Positions 39,346-51,939 of a stretch of 58,907 nt of DNA are shown piece by piece. The notes under the pieces are model-generated. The model saw only the letters and a list, made by a program, of their open reading frames with translations, was not told the DNA's origin and did no database searches. Source of the stretch: Catajapyx aquilonaris (lineage: Eukaryota); the NCBI GenBank assembly GCA_000934665.2, contig KZ537987.1:124001-182907 (forward strand), written 5' to 3'. The position numbers and the translations under genes are program-made. The first letter of the stretch is position 1, and each line of letters begins with the position of its first letter.

Positions 39346-41306
39346 GTACAGTATGGGGGGCTTGGTTGTGCGTAATTAGGGAGGGGGGGGGGGAGCTGTA
39401 ATTAACTTTAACTTTGTTGCCAGAGCTGGTTGTATATTTTTTTACGGCACAGAAAAAAAAATATATGGCGATATGTCAGCTTGTCCATCCGCGCTTAAAC
39501 ATGCTGCTAATTTTCTCGAGGGCGTGGCTGGGGTGAGAACTAATTACTCTCCTCCCATCCCCCCCCGCAGTTTCTTTTTGGAGATGGAAATTTTGACCTA
39601 GTTTTAGCATAATTTGGCGTTAACCCTACGTCAACCTTCCAAAAGCGCACTATGGACGAAAGAAAAAAAAAAGCGCGTTGAAAAAGAAAAAAAAGTCTTG
39701 GTCGTGAAACTGCGTGTGACTTAAAGTTAAACTCATAATAAATTAAACTCCTTGGCGTTTTAGCCGACTTGCTGCTTCATTATGGAAATGCTCGGCATGA
39801 AATTCGCATGGTCTATATTTTGAATTGTTAAAGCAACACGCGGGGTTGCCAAGGGAAGATCTCAGAATAGTTTGCAGCCACTTGTAGCTCTTTAGGAATA
39901 ATGAAGGGTGTGTTTTTTTTTAAGCTAGTTAATTATTAATTAGCTGTTCACGTGCTGTACGCACTTTAGAGGTTAAACATTTCATAAATAAAACTGTCTA
40001 TAACTTTAAAGTCGTAGTGGGCATGTTCTGCAAGCCCTATGATTGGTCCCCCGCATATTGTTGCTGCCTATTGGCCAGCGTTCTACGCATGCGCAGTGGG
40101 TGGAGGCAGCGCCTCTGGAACGCTGATGGTCGGAGAGTCAACTTCGTCCCCTCCTGTTCCACCCACTCATCCCTGTGGCCAGTAGTCAAAACTGTCAGGT
40201 TGTTAACCGTCAGTAAACAGTTGGGACTTCAAGACATGTTCTGATAAACCGGGCTGGTCGAAGGCCAAAACGATTAACAATATGGCCTGCACCACCGTGA
40301 GCCGCAGGCCTAGAAAAAGCGAATGCAAATGAATTTTTACGAGCTCACCGACAACGTTCCAGAGACTTATTGACAACGTCGCAAACGTCGGCTATTTTGT
40401 TCCTCCCCTCCAAACGTAGCGTTGGAAACAAGTGCAAAAGCTTATTTACCCACTATACAGATAGCTTGCCAGTTAATTCCAGCCGTGTACGCTGTGGTAC
40501 GCACTCACTGTCAGTTTTGTGTTTGTCCGGGGCGAGTCATCAGCCCTGTGTCCCTGAGAGTGGCAAGCCATCTATGTGAATGGGATGTGGACGAACCAAG
40601 GCGACAAATTGTGGTTGGGCATCCACAGCATCAGTGGTCCAAATGCTATCTGGGAGCATCCCCCCAGCCTGTTGTGATTGGCATTTCTTTCCGGCGCCTA
40701 TTGCCCCTGGGAATCAGGTCCCCCCCCCCCCCTCCCCCCCTNCACCGGGGAAAACAGCCTCCATGGACTGCGGAGTGATTTGTTCCGATTATCAAATTAA
40801 GGCCCCCCCCCCCCCCACTCTCTGGTATATGGGGGGTGGAGGGGGAATCAGCAGGCAGCACCCCTCAGTTCCAATCAATCAGCCAATCATGCAGTGAGAG
40901 CTACCCTGCACTCAAGGCGGGGAATTTCACGGGTTTTTGGACAAGTCCGGAAAGTGTGGGCCAAAATCATCTACTAAACAATATTGCAATGGTCCAATTT
41001 GGTCCTTTCCCTCTTCGCTATTATTCCGCTCTTAATTTTCCGGATTTTGTTGTGCGACTACTGCAGAATGCACTTCACTTGCAATAAAATATTTGTGCCC
41101 CTTTTCTTTCCCTTGTTTTTTTTTACCATTGCAAAGGCAGGTCAACAAGACTCTGCATGATTTATTGTCGACCCAACTTCTTTTTTTTTGAAGTTTCACT
41201 TTTTTTTAAGGAAAGTTGGCATAAAGGAGGGGGGGTGATGACAGATGAAGATGCTGTGCCAGAATTTAATTGAATATTCCTCCCTATTTTTTCTCTCTCT
41301 TTCCAG

Positions 41307-41379
41307 GACAAAAGAAGCACAGGAAGTGTATGAGCGAGCACTCTTCTACGACAGCAATAACCCAGACATCTATTACAAC
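41307..41379 (+). CDS. TMTC3: TMTC3-like exon (TPR)
   Basis: ttccag|G...AAC|gtaag, phase 2 to 0. Encodes TKEAQEVYERALFYDSNNPDIYYN. Confidence 0.9.
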
Positions 41380-41701
41380 GTAAGTGCAGGGGAAAAAAAG
41401 CAGATTGCTAATCCGATTACTTTTCACTATTTTTGGGGCTAAAACAACAGAGGGGGGGATATATATCTAAAGAGAGTGCGCGAAGATGATCTGTAATTGA
41501 TAGTTTATGGGCCCTCGTCTTTTGAAGGGCTGATAAAATATTAATTCTTAATCCGAGGAGTGCTGGCGATAATCCTTGGCAGCGGATTAGGTCTAGTTCC
41601 AACTCCCTTCTCTTTCACTCCTAATTTTATTACGGGCAACGCTGAGAGATTTTCTCATTCCCCTGCAGCTGTGTTACTTACATCATGTTAATATTTTCCA
41701 G

Positions 41702-42169
41702 TTGGGTGTGGTCTTCCTGGAGCAAGGGAAGGCGTCACAGGCTTTGGCATACCTGGACAAGGCTCTGGAGTTTGACCCTGAGCATGAGCAGGCTTTGCTG
41801 AACTCAGCCATCCTGATCCAAGAGATGGGTCAACCGGAGCTGAGGAAGGTGGCCAACGAGCGTCTCCTGAAGTTGCTTCAGAAGGATGAGAAGAACGAGC
41901 GGGTCTACTTCAACCTGGGTATGCTGGCCATGGATGACCAGGACTTCCAGGGTGCGGAGAAATGGTTCAGGAAGGCAGTGGAGCTGAAGGAGGACTTTCG
42001 GAGCGCCCTGTTCAACCTGGCCTTGCTTCTCTCTGACGACCACCGACCCCTTGAGGCTGCCCCCTTCTTGAACCAGCTGGTCAAGCACCATCCAGACCAC
42101 GTCAAGGGGCTCATTCTGCTTGGGGATATCTACATCAATAACATCAAAGACTTGGAGGCCGCTGAGAGT
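41702..42169 (+). CDS. TMTC3: TMTC3-like exon (multiple TPRs)
   Basis: ttccag|TTG...AGT|gtaag, 156 codons. Encodes LGVVFLEQG...FRSALFNLALLL...HVKGLILLGDIYIN. Confidence 0.92.
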
Positions 42170-43213
42170 GTAAGTCTCAACTCGGAGCCAAAAGGATTAG
42201 GGGGTCCAGGGTCGCTGACCACTGCTTTTGATCCCGCAGGAATATTCATGCTCGTTGTTGTGGTTTGCGCTATGTAAATAATTTATCAACATTAGAGATC
42301 AGGGTCGGAGTTTAAAACACAAGCTGCAGGCATGTTTGCATAATCTTTGCCAGCTAATTTATTGCCAGGAAAAGGTGGGACCTGCTGATATTAATTACAC
42401 ACATTTTGTTCAAGAAAAGTGTAGGTTTGTCGTGGAATATTTTTTGTGTGGAAGTTGCAGCTTGCAGGTGGTTAATTTCAAGGGAGCAGCTCCATTATTT
42501 TAATCAGGGCACTGGAAGCTACAGTACATTTTCTTTGTGTCCTAAAAGAAGGTTGTGAAGCTACAGTAAATATTATAATAGCAAAAGTGTTACGTTAATA
42601 CACACCTAGTTGCTCCAGTTATAACAGCACATTGTAAAAATACAGTCAGGGCATGTTAAAAGTGCAAATGGTTTCTTAACTATATGTACGTGACAGTAAT
42701 GACTTTTTCACATGAGTAACTGGGAATATCTTGAACCACATTGTGTTTGTCGGTAGAGAACTACTGATCTGGACAACTAGTTGAACCTAGTAACGTGCAA
42801 ACTGCACAAGAATTGGCAGCTCAGGCTCTGCTGGTCTCCCTGCGCACTAGCTCAATTCCACCTTTTGATTGTATTGGCATCAGAAGTAATGAAAGTTGAA
42901 GCTGCCAGAAATGATTACATAACTTCCTGTCAGTTTCCGATAGCTGCCTTTGTAGGCCAATGCACTAAAGTTGATGAACTTTGTGGTCTCATATGACCTC
43001 GTTAGAACCAAAATTTGACATACAATTAATCTTTTGTGTAGGTACGTCACAAGCAACAATGTTTTCCTATCTTTGGTGAATACCCATACATATTCAGAGA
43101 GGGAATTTTATACTTTGCATTATAATTAAATATTATTTTTGCCATTTTTATGCCGTAAGAGAAATTTTGTGTCTCACAGTGCACAGTACTGATACCTGTG
43201 TGTTACTTTCCAG

Positions 43214-43528
43214 TGCTACAGGCGCATCCTTCAGCTGGACCCCGAGAATGTGCAAGGACTACATAACCTGTGTGTGGTGTACGTGGAACGCGGTGAACTC
43301 CTAAGGGCTGAGTCGTGCTTGGCTCAAGCCCAGCAAATGGCCCCCCACGAGGACTACATTGGGAGGCACCTCAAGATAGTGAGGTCGCGAATAGTGCGAA
43401 ACACTCCTCCCTCTCCGACACCTTCAGCGTCTTCTCCGAGTAGCTCGCAGCAGCAGGAGTCTGAAACCTGCTCGGAGCCAACTATCTTCCAGGCAACCTT
43501 GAGCACCGATAGCAAGCCTGCATCTTAG
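43214..43528 (+). CDS. TMTC3: TMTC3-like terminal coding exon
   Basis: ttccag|TGC. Encodes [27 protein letters not shown], then a Ser/Pro-rich tail to TAG. The eight exons join in frame to about 597 aa. Confidence 0.9.
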   Translation, partial: CYRRILQLDPENVQGLHNLCVVYVERGELLRAESCLAQAQQMAPHEDYIGRHLKIVRSRIVRNTPPSPTPSASSPSSSQQQESETCSEPTIFQATLSTDSKPAS

Positions 43529-46104
43529 CAGTTAAACGTCACCCAGTGGAATTTGACAAACTGGGGGTGATGTGCTAAAATTTGTGAAAAAAAAAGGGTT
43601 GGTTGCCCCCCCTTTGCCCCCCTGAATTATTATTTTTTGTATTAATTTTAATCCCCCCTGCTCCCTTCCAAACAAGAGTAGTTGTGTCAGTGTTTATTAT
43701 AGCGCACAGCCTAACTTTCGAAACGACTGTGATTTCTGGTTTTTCGTTTGTTTGTGGCGGGGTTGGTAACACCAGTGCTAATTTGGCCTAACTAATAACA
43801 TTAGTAATAATGACAGGACATTTTTTTTCTCATCCAAAGGGGGTGTATAGTCAATATTGGTGCCTTGTACAGTTTAAAAAAAAAAATAGATAATATAATT
43901 GAAGAGTTTTTTGTAATGAGGAAGTATTTTTGTAAGCGCGTCTCTCATGAGGTCACAACTATTTGTGCTATAGATTTGAAGTGTACAAAGTGATTGTTTT
44001 AATTCTTTCATATTATACCTTTGTTATGTTCGAGGATGAGAAGAGAAAGTACAGAGGGTACTTTTTTTGAGAGGTAATTTTTATATGAATTTGGATTATT
44101 GTAGATGAAACGGAAGATTTAAATGAGAGATGTGGCGAGGATTGAGCTGAAATGTCAAACCGTAAGGAAGGGAAAAACTTTAAATTAACAATAACCTGAA
44201 AAAATGGTAGACTCACAATAAAATTATGTTTTTTTTTAAAAAAATGGCAGGTTCTACCGCTATGGCTACTTAAAAATACCTAGAGGCATTAAGAATTATA
44301 GAAGTTATCCGACATGGAAAGAAAGAAAATAAAGCTGCTTCATTACCAATAATATTGTGAGGAAGGAATAACTGAGTGATTGATTGATTTGTTGTCACAT
44401 GTGGGTGTGTAGAGTGTTACTGTCCATAGAACCTGGAAACCATTTTGGGGAAAGCAATGACCGGTGAAGAGAATTTTAAAAATTAACTTGCTTATTTTCT
44501 GTTGTGGATAAAAAAAAATATTCCTGTGACTCGGGTAGGGACTTGAGATGTATTTTGTTTACATGTTTACTTGTTTGTCCACCTTCGTTCTCCCCTACCT
44601 TCCTCTGCCACCTGGTCATTGGTTGAATTTGTGTGTGTGATGAGAGATAAAGGTCTGATGGATATTTGACCTTCAGCAATGTTATATTGAGCTGAAGAGT
44701 AAAAAAGCTAAAAAAATAAAAAAAACTGGCAGTAACCATGTCCATTGATTCATGTTGTCTGTGATACGAGAATAAATAAGCATAACATTTTCGTAGCACC
44801 AGTAACAGTGTGTCTGTGTTTATTCATTTGAACCCATTTTCATGCAGGATATGTGCACGGTGATGGTAATGTTTGGGTTAATATTTTTTGATTATGCTGT
44901 TAAATCTGAGTGTCTAGTAAATTGAGGAGCTCGTTGAATCAGGTGTCCACTTGGTAATGTAATTGTGATTGGAAGGCTGTACTTCTTCCTAGGAAAAAAT
45001 TATGGTTACAAAGTGCAATTACAAGCAATCAGAATCAGAAGTACACTTGAAAACTGAGTGGTTTCCCTGTGACCAAGAGCATGTTATACTTCGCTTTTTT
45101 TGCAACACCTTCTAGACAAGCATGATCCGTATGTGTACGATAAATTGAAAAAGTACCACGTTGGACCAAAATATTGCGACATGAATTTAATTTATAATTT
45201 CATCTTAATTGTGATTCATGTTTAATCTCTGACACTTTAAAAGGTAAAACTCTGCACCATAATGTTATTGTTAATTCTTGCTTTGGAGCCGCATTTAGTC
45301 TGCTGTTCAAGTTTTGTGCAAATAGTTTCTTTTTTTATGGCTAATAATCTTCTAGAAATGAAAACCTAATGAAGGTGAGTTAATTAGCTTAAGTAAATTC
45401 TGAGTTAAATTCAACTCTTCCTCCCTTGAATGCTTAAACTGTGATTGGCATTGTGTAGTTGAAGGCCTGCTTACTTTAGCAATAACATTGGCACTCCAGC
45501 TGGCTATCCAAATGAGCCAATTCTGATGGGTGCTATTAAACTGGGTAGTAATTTTATGATGCAGCCAACAAGCCCAGCTGTAGTTTATGAGTTATTACAG
45601 TAATTATATTAGCATAAGTGGTTATTAGGCATCCACATGCAGGACAGAAATGACCCAAAATAAAGAATAATTCAACCTCAAAATTGGTTTAACTGGTATT
45701 TTCCCAAGTTCAGTTTGCCACTCAGGGTCATGCATGGGCTGTAAAGAAAAACGTGTTGTGGGGATAAAACTTTTTGGCTGGCAGTAAGGGAATTTTCTAC
45801 TCGAAATAATTTACCATTGTCACTTCTAAATGAGTCGTAGGAAGGTGAAAATTGCCAAACTGGTAGCCTCTGACACTGAATCTCAAGTTTTAATAGTCAA
45901 GTTCAAGAATAATATTGTTTTTGACTTCGTTTGACACATTTCGAACAGTTCCTAGGAGGCTACGTGGCGTCTATCCGAATGCTATGGAAACCAGAACTAA
46001 ACAGACGCCATGTCTGTTTAGTTCTGGTTTCCATAGTTTTCATCATTTATTCTATCTTTTTCTAATCCCTTCAAGACCCCCCTGCTTGTTCGTGGTGAGG
46101 AGAC

Positions 46105-46285
46105 ATGGCCACCGAACCACCAACCTCATCGTTGTCCCACATTGTGTTCCTCCTGGAACGAAGCCTGGCTCAGACAGACAGGATTGAGAGGACCATGGCA
46201 GATATGGACAGGAGGATGGCCAGGATAGAAGGGTGCATCCTGAAGGAACAGGAAAGGAGGAGGAGAAGGACTCATCATGATGAAG
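46105..46285 (+). CDS. C2H2 zinc-finger gene copy A, exon 1 (heptad and basic N-terminal domain)
   Basis: gacATGG start, GAAG|gtttg donor, phase 1. Conserved in paralogs at 51420 and 57645. Confidence 0.75.
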
Positions 46286-46381
46286 GTTTGCTGAAATGCA
46301 GAGTTGGGAATTCAAGCCCTTAATTATGCCCATTGCCTTTGTGGGAACATAATATACTGTTGCTCTCTATACTCTATACAG

Positions 46382-46506
46382 AAGTGCATCATGAAAGAAG
46401 CTCTGATGTGACTATTGAAGATCATCAGTCAGAGCAGCATCCACATCCAGGGACGTCTGCAAGTTTTGATGTTCTTGGAGGAAATGGAGGGCAGGCTGAA
46501 GAACAA
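46382..46506 (+). CDS. Zinc-finger gene copy A, exon 2
   Basis: tacag|AA...CAA|gtaag, phase 1 to 0. Conserved in paralogs. Confidence 0.72.
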
Positions 46507-46524
46507 GTAAGCAACTCTCTAGAG

Positions 46525-46787
46525 CAGTGGTTCCCAACATGTGGGTTGAGACCCCCTTGGGGGTCGTGAAGCCTTTTCCGGGGGGTCACATGGTGGTAAT
46601 TTTTGCAATGCTTTATATTAGTACCGCGAAGGTTTTTAAAATGTTTTAATACGAGTATATATACGTATGTCTACACGACATACATCAATCTTCTACTAAT
46701 ACTTGGACGAGGAGTGGGGGGGTGGGTCGCAGGTTACTTGACTATCATAAAAGGGTGTCGCGACCTGAATAAGGTTGGGAACCACTG
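46525..46787. mobile_element. hAT-type MITE
   Basis: 14-bp TIRs CAGTGGTTCCCAAC / GTTGGGAACCACTG, with a degenerate 8-bp TSD (ctctagag / gtcttgag). Confidence 0.85.
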
Positions 46788-46828
46788 GTCTTGAGAATGT
46801 GCTTTGAGGCTGATATACAGGTACTCCT

Positions 46829-47080
46829 GGGCGACACGGTGGCCGAGTGGTTAGCGCCTCAGCCTTCCACCTCTAAGGTCCTGAGTTCAATCTCCAGGTC
46901 GGAGAGGAGATACTTATGTGGGTAGAGTTTCGTTGGGTTCTCTCCATGTTTGCGTGGGTTTTCTCGGGGTTCTCCCGTTTCCTCCAGCAATCAAAATCCA
47001 TCACAGCGCAGGCAATGATTAAAGTTGGGTATTTAAGAGATGATCCCCTAAGAGGCGCAAGGAGGTTATCACAGGGTATC

Positions 47081-47141
<61 letters not shown>
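46829..47141 (+). mobile_element. tRNA-derived SINE with V-SINE-like core and (TTA)n tail
   Basis: A box TGGCCGAGTGG, B box GAGTTCAATC, core GTTTGCGTGGGTTTTCTCGGGG, a TTA tail and a 13-bp TSD tacaggtaYtcct. Confidence 0.88.
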
Positions 47142-47763
47142 TACAGGTATTCCTCGTTTTATGCCAGAGATTGGTCCAGAGATATTTGTCCATGGAAATT
47201 TATTGCTATTTCCATGTTCCTAAGTCATTCGTAACTCATAGTGGGCATTCATTTTGTCTTTGATTTGTTTTTGACCTCGGTGCAGTCAAAAAGCCAAAAT
47301 CCTCAAATATAGCAGTTTTTCCCAATCCAGTGGACCTACATGTTGCTAGACCATCTGCTGAAAATAATCACCAATTTGGGAATCAGAGAAATAGTGTGGC
47401 TGACAGGGAATTGTTGCTTCTGCAATGCCTGATGTGCTCCCATGGCACAGTCAAGCTGCCAAAAGTGTGGAACAGTAGCAACAACAGCTTAGAATAACTG
47501 GTTTATTTATTCTGGGGAAAAAGCCAACTCAATTTTAATATCTCAAATTCAGATAAGTAAGTAATCAAGTAAAGCATTCTTCACCTTTTCTTAATTACCA
47601 CAAACCACTGTGGCCTACATGAGGAGGACAAGCATAGCCCATTGTCTCTACACATGTTGATTTGTTACTTTCTTATGTTTTGCAACTTAATTTTGCATGC
47701 TGGTTTAGGGAGATAAAGGGTCTTTTGGCTGTAACTTATTTATATCCATTGATATATCCAAAG

Positions 47764-48501
47764 AACCAGCTGCCATCCAGGGACCCTTTTCAATGTGGCA
47801 TCTGCAACAAGTCTTTCAACATTCCCTCTGCTCTGGAAGAATGTGTCAAATCGCATGCAGTTAGAGTTGAAGAGGAAGAGGTGGTTGGGCAGGCTTCTCA
47901 CTCAGGACAGCAAAACAGCTTTGTGGTGCAGGGAGAATCATTTGAAGGAAGTGCATCTCCAGAGCTCCTCCAGGCAAATGAGACTGAGAGGACCCCATTA
48001 AGATGCGGAAGGGAAGAAAAGGGAGGGAAAGGGGCTGCGAAACCTGCATCGTTCTGTTGCAAACTGTGCTCATATGCTACCAGTGAAAAAGTAGAATTTG
48101 TTTCTCATCAGTTGGTCCATTCAGCACATGGTAAGGTCCGTCCAGGAGGGAGTAAATCAAAAATTTTCTGCAAATTGTGTGATGCCAGCTTCACCACCAA
48201 ATCTGGTCAGTCTGGTCATATGAAAGCTGTTCACCTTCGATTAAAACCTTACCTGTGTGAAGTGTGTGGAATGGCATTCAGCTGTCTGTTTAATAGGAAA
48301 AGGCACAGCATGGTCCACACAGGTGAAAAACCATTCGGTTGTCACGTGTGCCTTAAATGCTGTGGAACAAAATCTGATTTGAATAATCATATGCGCAAAC
48401 ATACAGGAGAAAAGCCATATTCTTGCCAATTTTGCAATCGTAAGTTCAGCGTGAAGCATTACTTGAGTGTGCATGTGCGACGATATCATGCCGCAACTTG
48501 A
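47764..48501 (+). CDS. Zinc-finger gene copy A, exon 3 (six fingers, first atypical); about 347 aa in total
   Basis: ccaaag|AAC acceptor, phase 0. CxxC...HxxxH repeats with TGEKP linkers. Confidence 0.85.
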   Translation, partial: NQLPSRDPFQCGICNKSFNIPSALEECVKSHAVRVEEEEVVGQASHSGQQNSFVVQGESFEGSASPELLQANETERTPLRCGREEKGGKGAAKPASFCCKLCSYATSEKVEFVSHQLVHSAHGKVRPGGSKSKIFCKLCDASFTTKSGQSGHMKAVHLRLKPYLCEVCGMAFSCLFNRKRHSMVHTGEKPFGCHVCLKCCGTKSDLNNHMRKHTGEKPYSCQFCNRKFSVKHYLSVHVRRYHAAT

Positions 48502-48979
48502 ACCTCACTCAATCCTGGGCCATCAGGGGACATTCCCTGGGGGGGAAAAAATTGTCTAGGTTTTGTGTTGTTACAGACGATTGAGGGTATGTTATGGGAA
48601 ATCACATTTCACTACTTCTACTGTATGCTACTCAGAAGAAGCAACTTTAGTTTGCTATTGCATTTAAAGATTTAAACTATTGCAACAGAAAGTTTGATAT
48701 GTACTGAGTTCATTATGACCTGTGTCAAAATGTAAGGACCAGGATAGGCTGACCCTGAGAAAAGACTTGGATGTGGGTTATTATGTACTGTATATAATTA
48801 TGTTGGTGATAATAAAGTTGCTGAGAAATATTTTCAGGGAACATTTGTTAGTGATTTCACTGATTGTATGAAACATTTGTCTATTCAAATATACACATGT
48901 CATGGCTTTCTCCAGCCCACATTGAAGAGTTTTATCTATAATGCCCCTTTCTGTCAATCCCTTGATCAGCAATGTAAAT

Positions 48980-49167
48980 TCGAACAGTTCCTTGGAGTCA
49001 ACGTGGCGTGGCGTCGATCTGAATACCTCGCGTATGTTCTTGTTACTTGATGTTTCCGTCGCTTCTTTTCCTCCCATTGGATTCCCTGCTGAAGGACCAC
49101 TAGTCGGAATTGGTGAGGAGACATATATGGCCACCCAACCACCAACCTTGTTGATGTCCCACATTGG
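48980..49167 (+). pseudogene. Truncated fourth copy of the zinc-finger gene 5' region
   Basis: Shares gaacagttcc...gtcgatc and ggtgaggagacat, and encodes MATQPPTLLMSHI, after which homology stops. Confidence 0.65.
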
Positions 49168-49494
49168 CAACGCGACCGAAACCGTCGACGACCTGTGTGA
49201 ATGGGTCTTTAGCCATTTAAAATGCCTTCCTATCTTTAAAAGTTCTGGACGAGGCTGTACAAATTATTATTATAAATCGCATTATGTCCCAGCCTGTGAA
49301 ATACTGGCTGTTCCAAAAATTTTGTGACGACAAAAGGAGTCTTCGTAAGTCCTTGCTTGTTCACTCGCTTATTGTGGTGGCAGTCTCAAGGAAAAGCATT
49401 TACGCATGCGACACGAATTTTACAGGATGAAGTACAATCATTTTTAACCTCTTGAGGGCCACGGTCTCTGGGATCGTTCCTGGATCCTCCGTGC

Positions 49495-50637
49495 TACCTG
49501 GGGAGGGGGGGGGGGAGGATAACCTCCCTTTCATACACATCCGGAAGTATCCTGGCCTACACCGGAAGCTCCAGCTGGGGTATCATGGTTGGGGTTTCTT
49601 CTACAAGACCATATGGTAGAGGCCCTGCTAGAAACCTATGACCAAATGAGAAGTGCAGGTGTTGTTTTCGAATGATTGTGAGAACAATTGCGGAAATGTT
49701 TTTAAAATCGCTTTATTTGCTTGGTACATGTTAATCTGCATTGTTTCAATAACACATAAATAGTCTCCGATAAATGTTATTCCACATTTGTTGCTTAATG
49801 TATCATTTTTTTCCCCAAGTGTTCCAAGAAAGAGTCAATTGATTCCGACATGTCCTGCTTATTATTCATTCTCTTGGGACATGCTCAAATAGTCGACATA
49901 ATTAGCATTTTTCCTGCTTTATTCCACATGTGGACCTAATATACACCATAACTCTGCAAGTCCACAGCAAAGGCCATGCGAGTATTCATTCTATCCATAT
50001 CCCCTTGTTGGATAGGCATTGGCAACTTCATAACAATAAGCCAGATCGACTACAGTCTTGAATGTCCGGAAAGGAAAAAGTGTTGCTGGCCTTATTTTTG
50101 CGCAAATATTTTACCTCAATATCTTGTTCGACTACAGAAACCACTTGACCTGCTTAGTAAACTATGTTCTTTGCACTGGTACCTGTAGGCTTGAACTTTA
50201 CATAGGAATGGGACGTCCCATACCTCACTTCCCTGCTTTGTCCCATTCCTCCCGAATAGCTCAAAATTGCAAACATGGCTGGCTTGCCTTTACAGAAGTA
50301 AGCATGGCAGACTATCATATCCAGCTTTATCTAAGGAAACATACACCATCCCACAGCTCCTTGTTCGACAAGTCTATCTGCATTAGGCTATATGTAGGCT
50401 ACGTCAAATTGCACTCAAACATTATAACGAAAAGGTACTTTTTAATGCCCAAATCAAGTATTTTGTACCAGGCTGAAAATGAGCTACCTACCTCTCTCAC
50501 TAACTCACAAGCTCAGACTGGAATTGATCCCAGTTGACACCTACCAGTCAATGAGTGCAATCTTGCAAGCACAATAAAGCAGGGATTTTGAAGGTGTCCC
50601 ATACCTCCCCCGTCCCATACCTCCAGACTTCCCCCTA
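49495..50637 (-). mobile_element. Degenerate pogo-family DNA transposon (boundaries approximate)
   Basis: 49936-50203 (-) translates, with a stop and a frameshift, to VKF...Y*AGQVV...EVKYLRK...FSFPDIQD...IVMKLPMP...FAVDL, resembling pogo transposase C-termini. TAGGGGGAAG-like end at 50637. Confidence 0.55.
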
Positions 50638-51419
50638 CCAAGAGCCCCTACTGAGTAGTTCATTATGACCTGTATCAAAATGCAAGGAATAATGCCCTGC
50701 GCATGCAGGAGAAATGAATGCAAGTTAAATGCAACACCGCCAGGACAAGCTGAGCCTGAGAAAAGACTTGGATGTGGGTTATGTACTGTTGGTGATGGAG
50801 TTGCTGAGAAACGTTTTCAGGGAACATTTGTTAGTGATTTCACTGATTTGTATGAAAGACTATTCAAATGCACATGTCATGGATTTCTCCAGCCCACAAT
50901 TGAAGAGTTTGAACTAATTATTAAATGTCACATTAACACAATCAAGTGGACACACACTTATAATAATGATATGCACTGACAAACAGCGAGTTTACATTCC
51001 AGGTTACATATTATTGTGTTGCCTCTCCCGCATGTCATGTGAATAAATGTGATCAAATTGGAAAACATTCAACCTGTTTGGTGACATGGCTGTATATTCA
51101 ATGAAGAGCCTCAATGAAGCTCAAGTCATGTTAATATTTATAATATTTGTTTATAATATTTTAAATGAAAATGCGTATGGTGACATGCAAGCCAGACCGT
51201 GACTTGCATTCCGAACAGTTCCTTTGAGGTGAAGTGACGTCGATCCGAATGCGCCCAACATGGCGTCTGTTTAGTTCTGCCACGTTCTGCTTCTCTCTTC
51301 CTTTTCCTTTCTTTCTTCTCTCCTCTGAACTCCCACCGCTTCGTTTCCTCACTTGCCGGCCTCTGGACAGGCTGAACCTGAATCTCTGCAGTACCACTTG
51401 TCGGAATTGGTGGGGAGAC

Positions 51420-51782
51420 ATGGCCACCCAAGGACACAACTTTTTTCCCCACATTGTGGCCCTCCTGGAGCGAAGCCTGACTCAGTCGGACAGGATTGAG
51501 AGGACCATGGCAGAGATGGACCAAAGAATGGGTCAGATGGACAGGAGGATGACTGAGATGGACCAAAGGATGGCCAGGATAGAAGGGTTCATCCTGAAAG
51601 AACAGGAAGAGAAAGGGAGGAAGAAGAGGAGGAGGAGGAGGACTTCTCATGAAAGAAGCTCTGATGTGACTATTCAAGAAGATGAGCCCAAGCAACATTC
51701 ACAAGGGACTTCTGCAAGTTTTGATCTTCTTGGAGGAAACTTGGGACAGGCCAAAGGACAAGTAAACACTTTGGAGGTAGAG
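51420..51782 (+). CDS. Zinc-finger gene copy B, fused exon 1+2 (alternative donor after 51761)
   Basis: MATQGHNFFPHIVALLERS..., GAG|gtgag donor, phase 0. The intron present in copies A and C is absent. Confidence 0.7.
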
Positions 51783-51939
51783 GTGAGCTGTACATGAATT
51801 TCTGGTCAGCAGAACACCATCCGACTATTTATTATTATTATTATGGAACCAATAACTCAAACACAATGTATGGTGGGGGAATATGCACAGTGGGTGAATT
51901 GCCATGGGGTGAACCTGTATCGGCTAGTCGTAACAGAAC

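Noticed and set aside
46829..46905. tRNA gene
   Set aside because: No complete acceptor stem is evident, and it continues into a SINE body, tail and TSD.
46916..47263. ORF with a poly-tyrosine run
   Set aside because: It is the translation of the SINE (TTA)n tail.
47662..47763. ORF-track N-terminal extensions of the zinc-finger exons (also 55931-55972 and 51234-51419)
   Set aside because: They use non-ATG starts, the frame is not conserved between paralogs, and they lie upstream of conserved acceptors or the conserved ATG.
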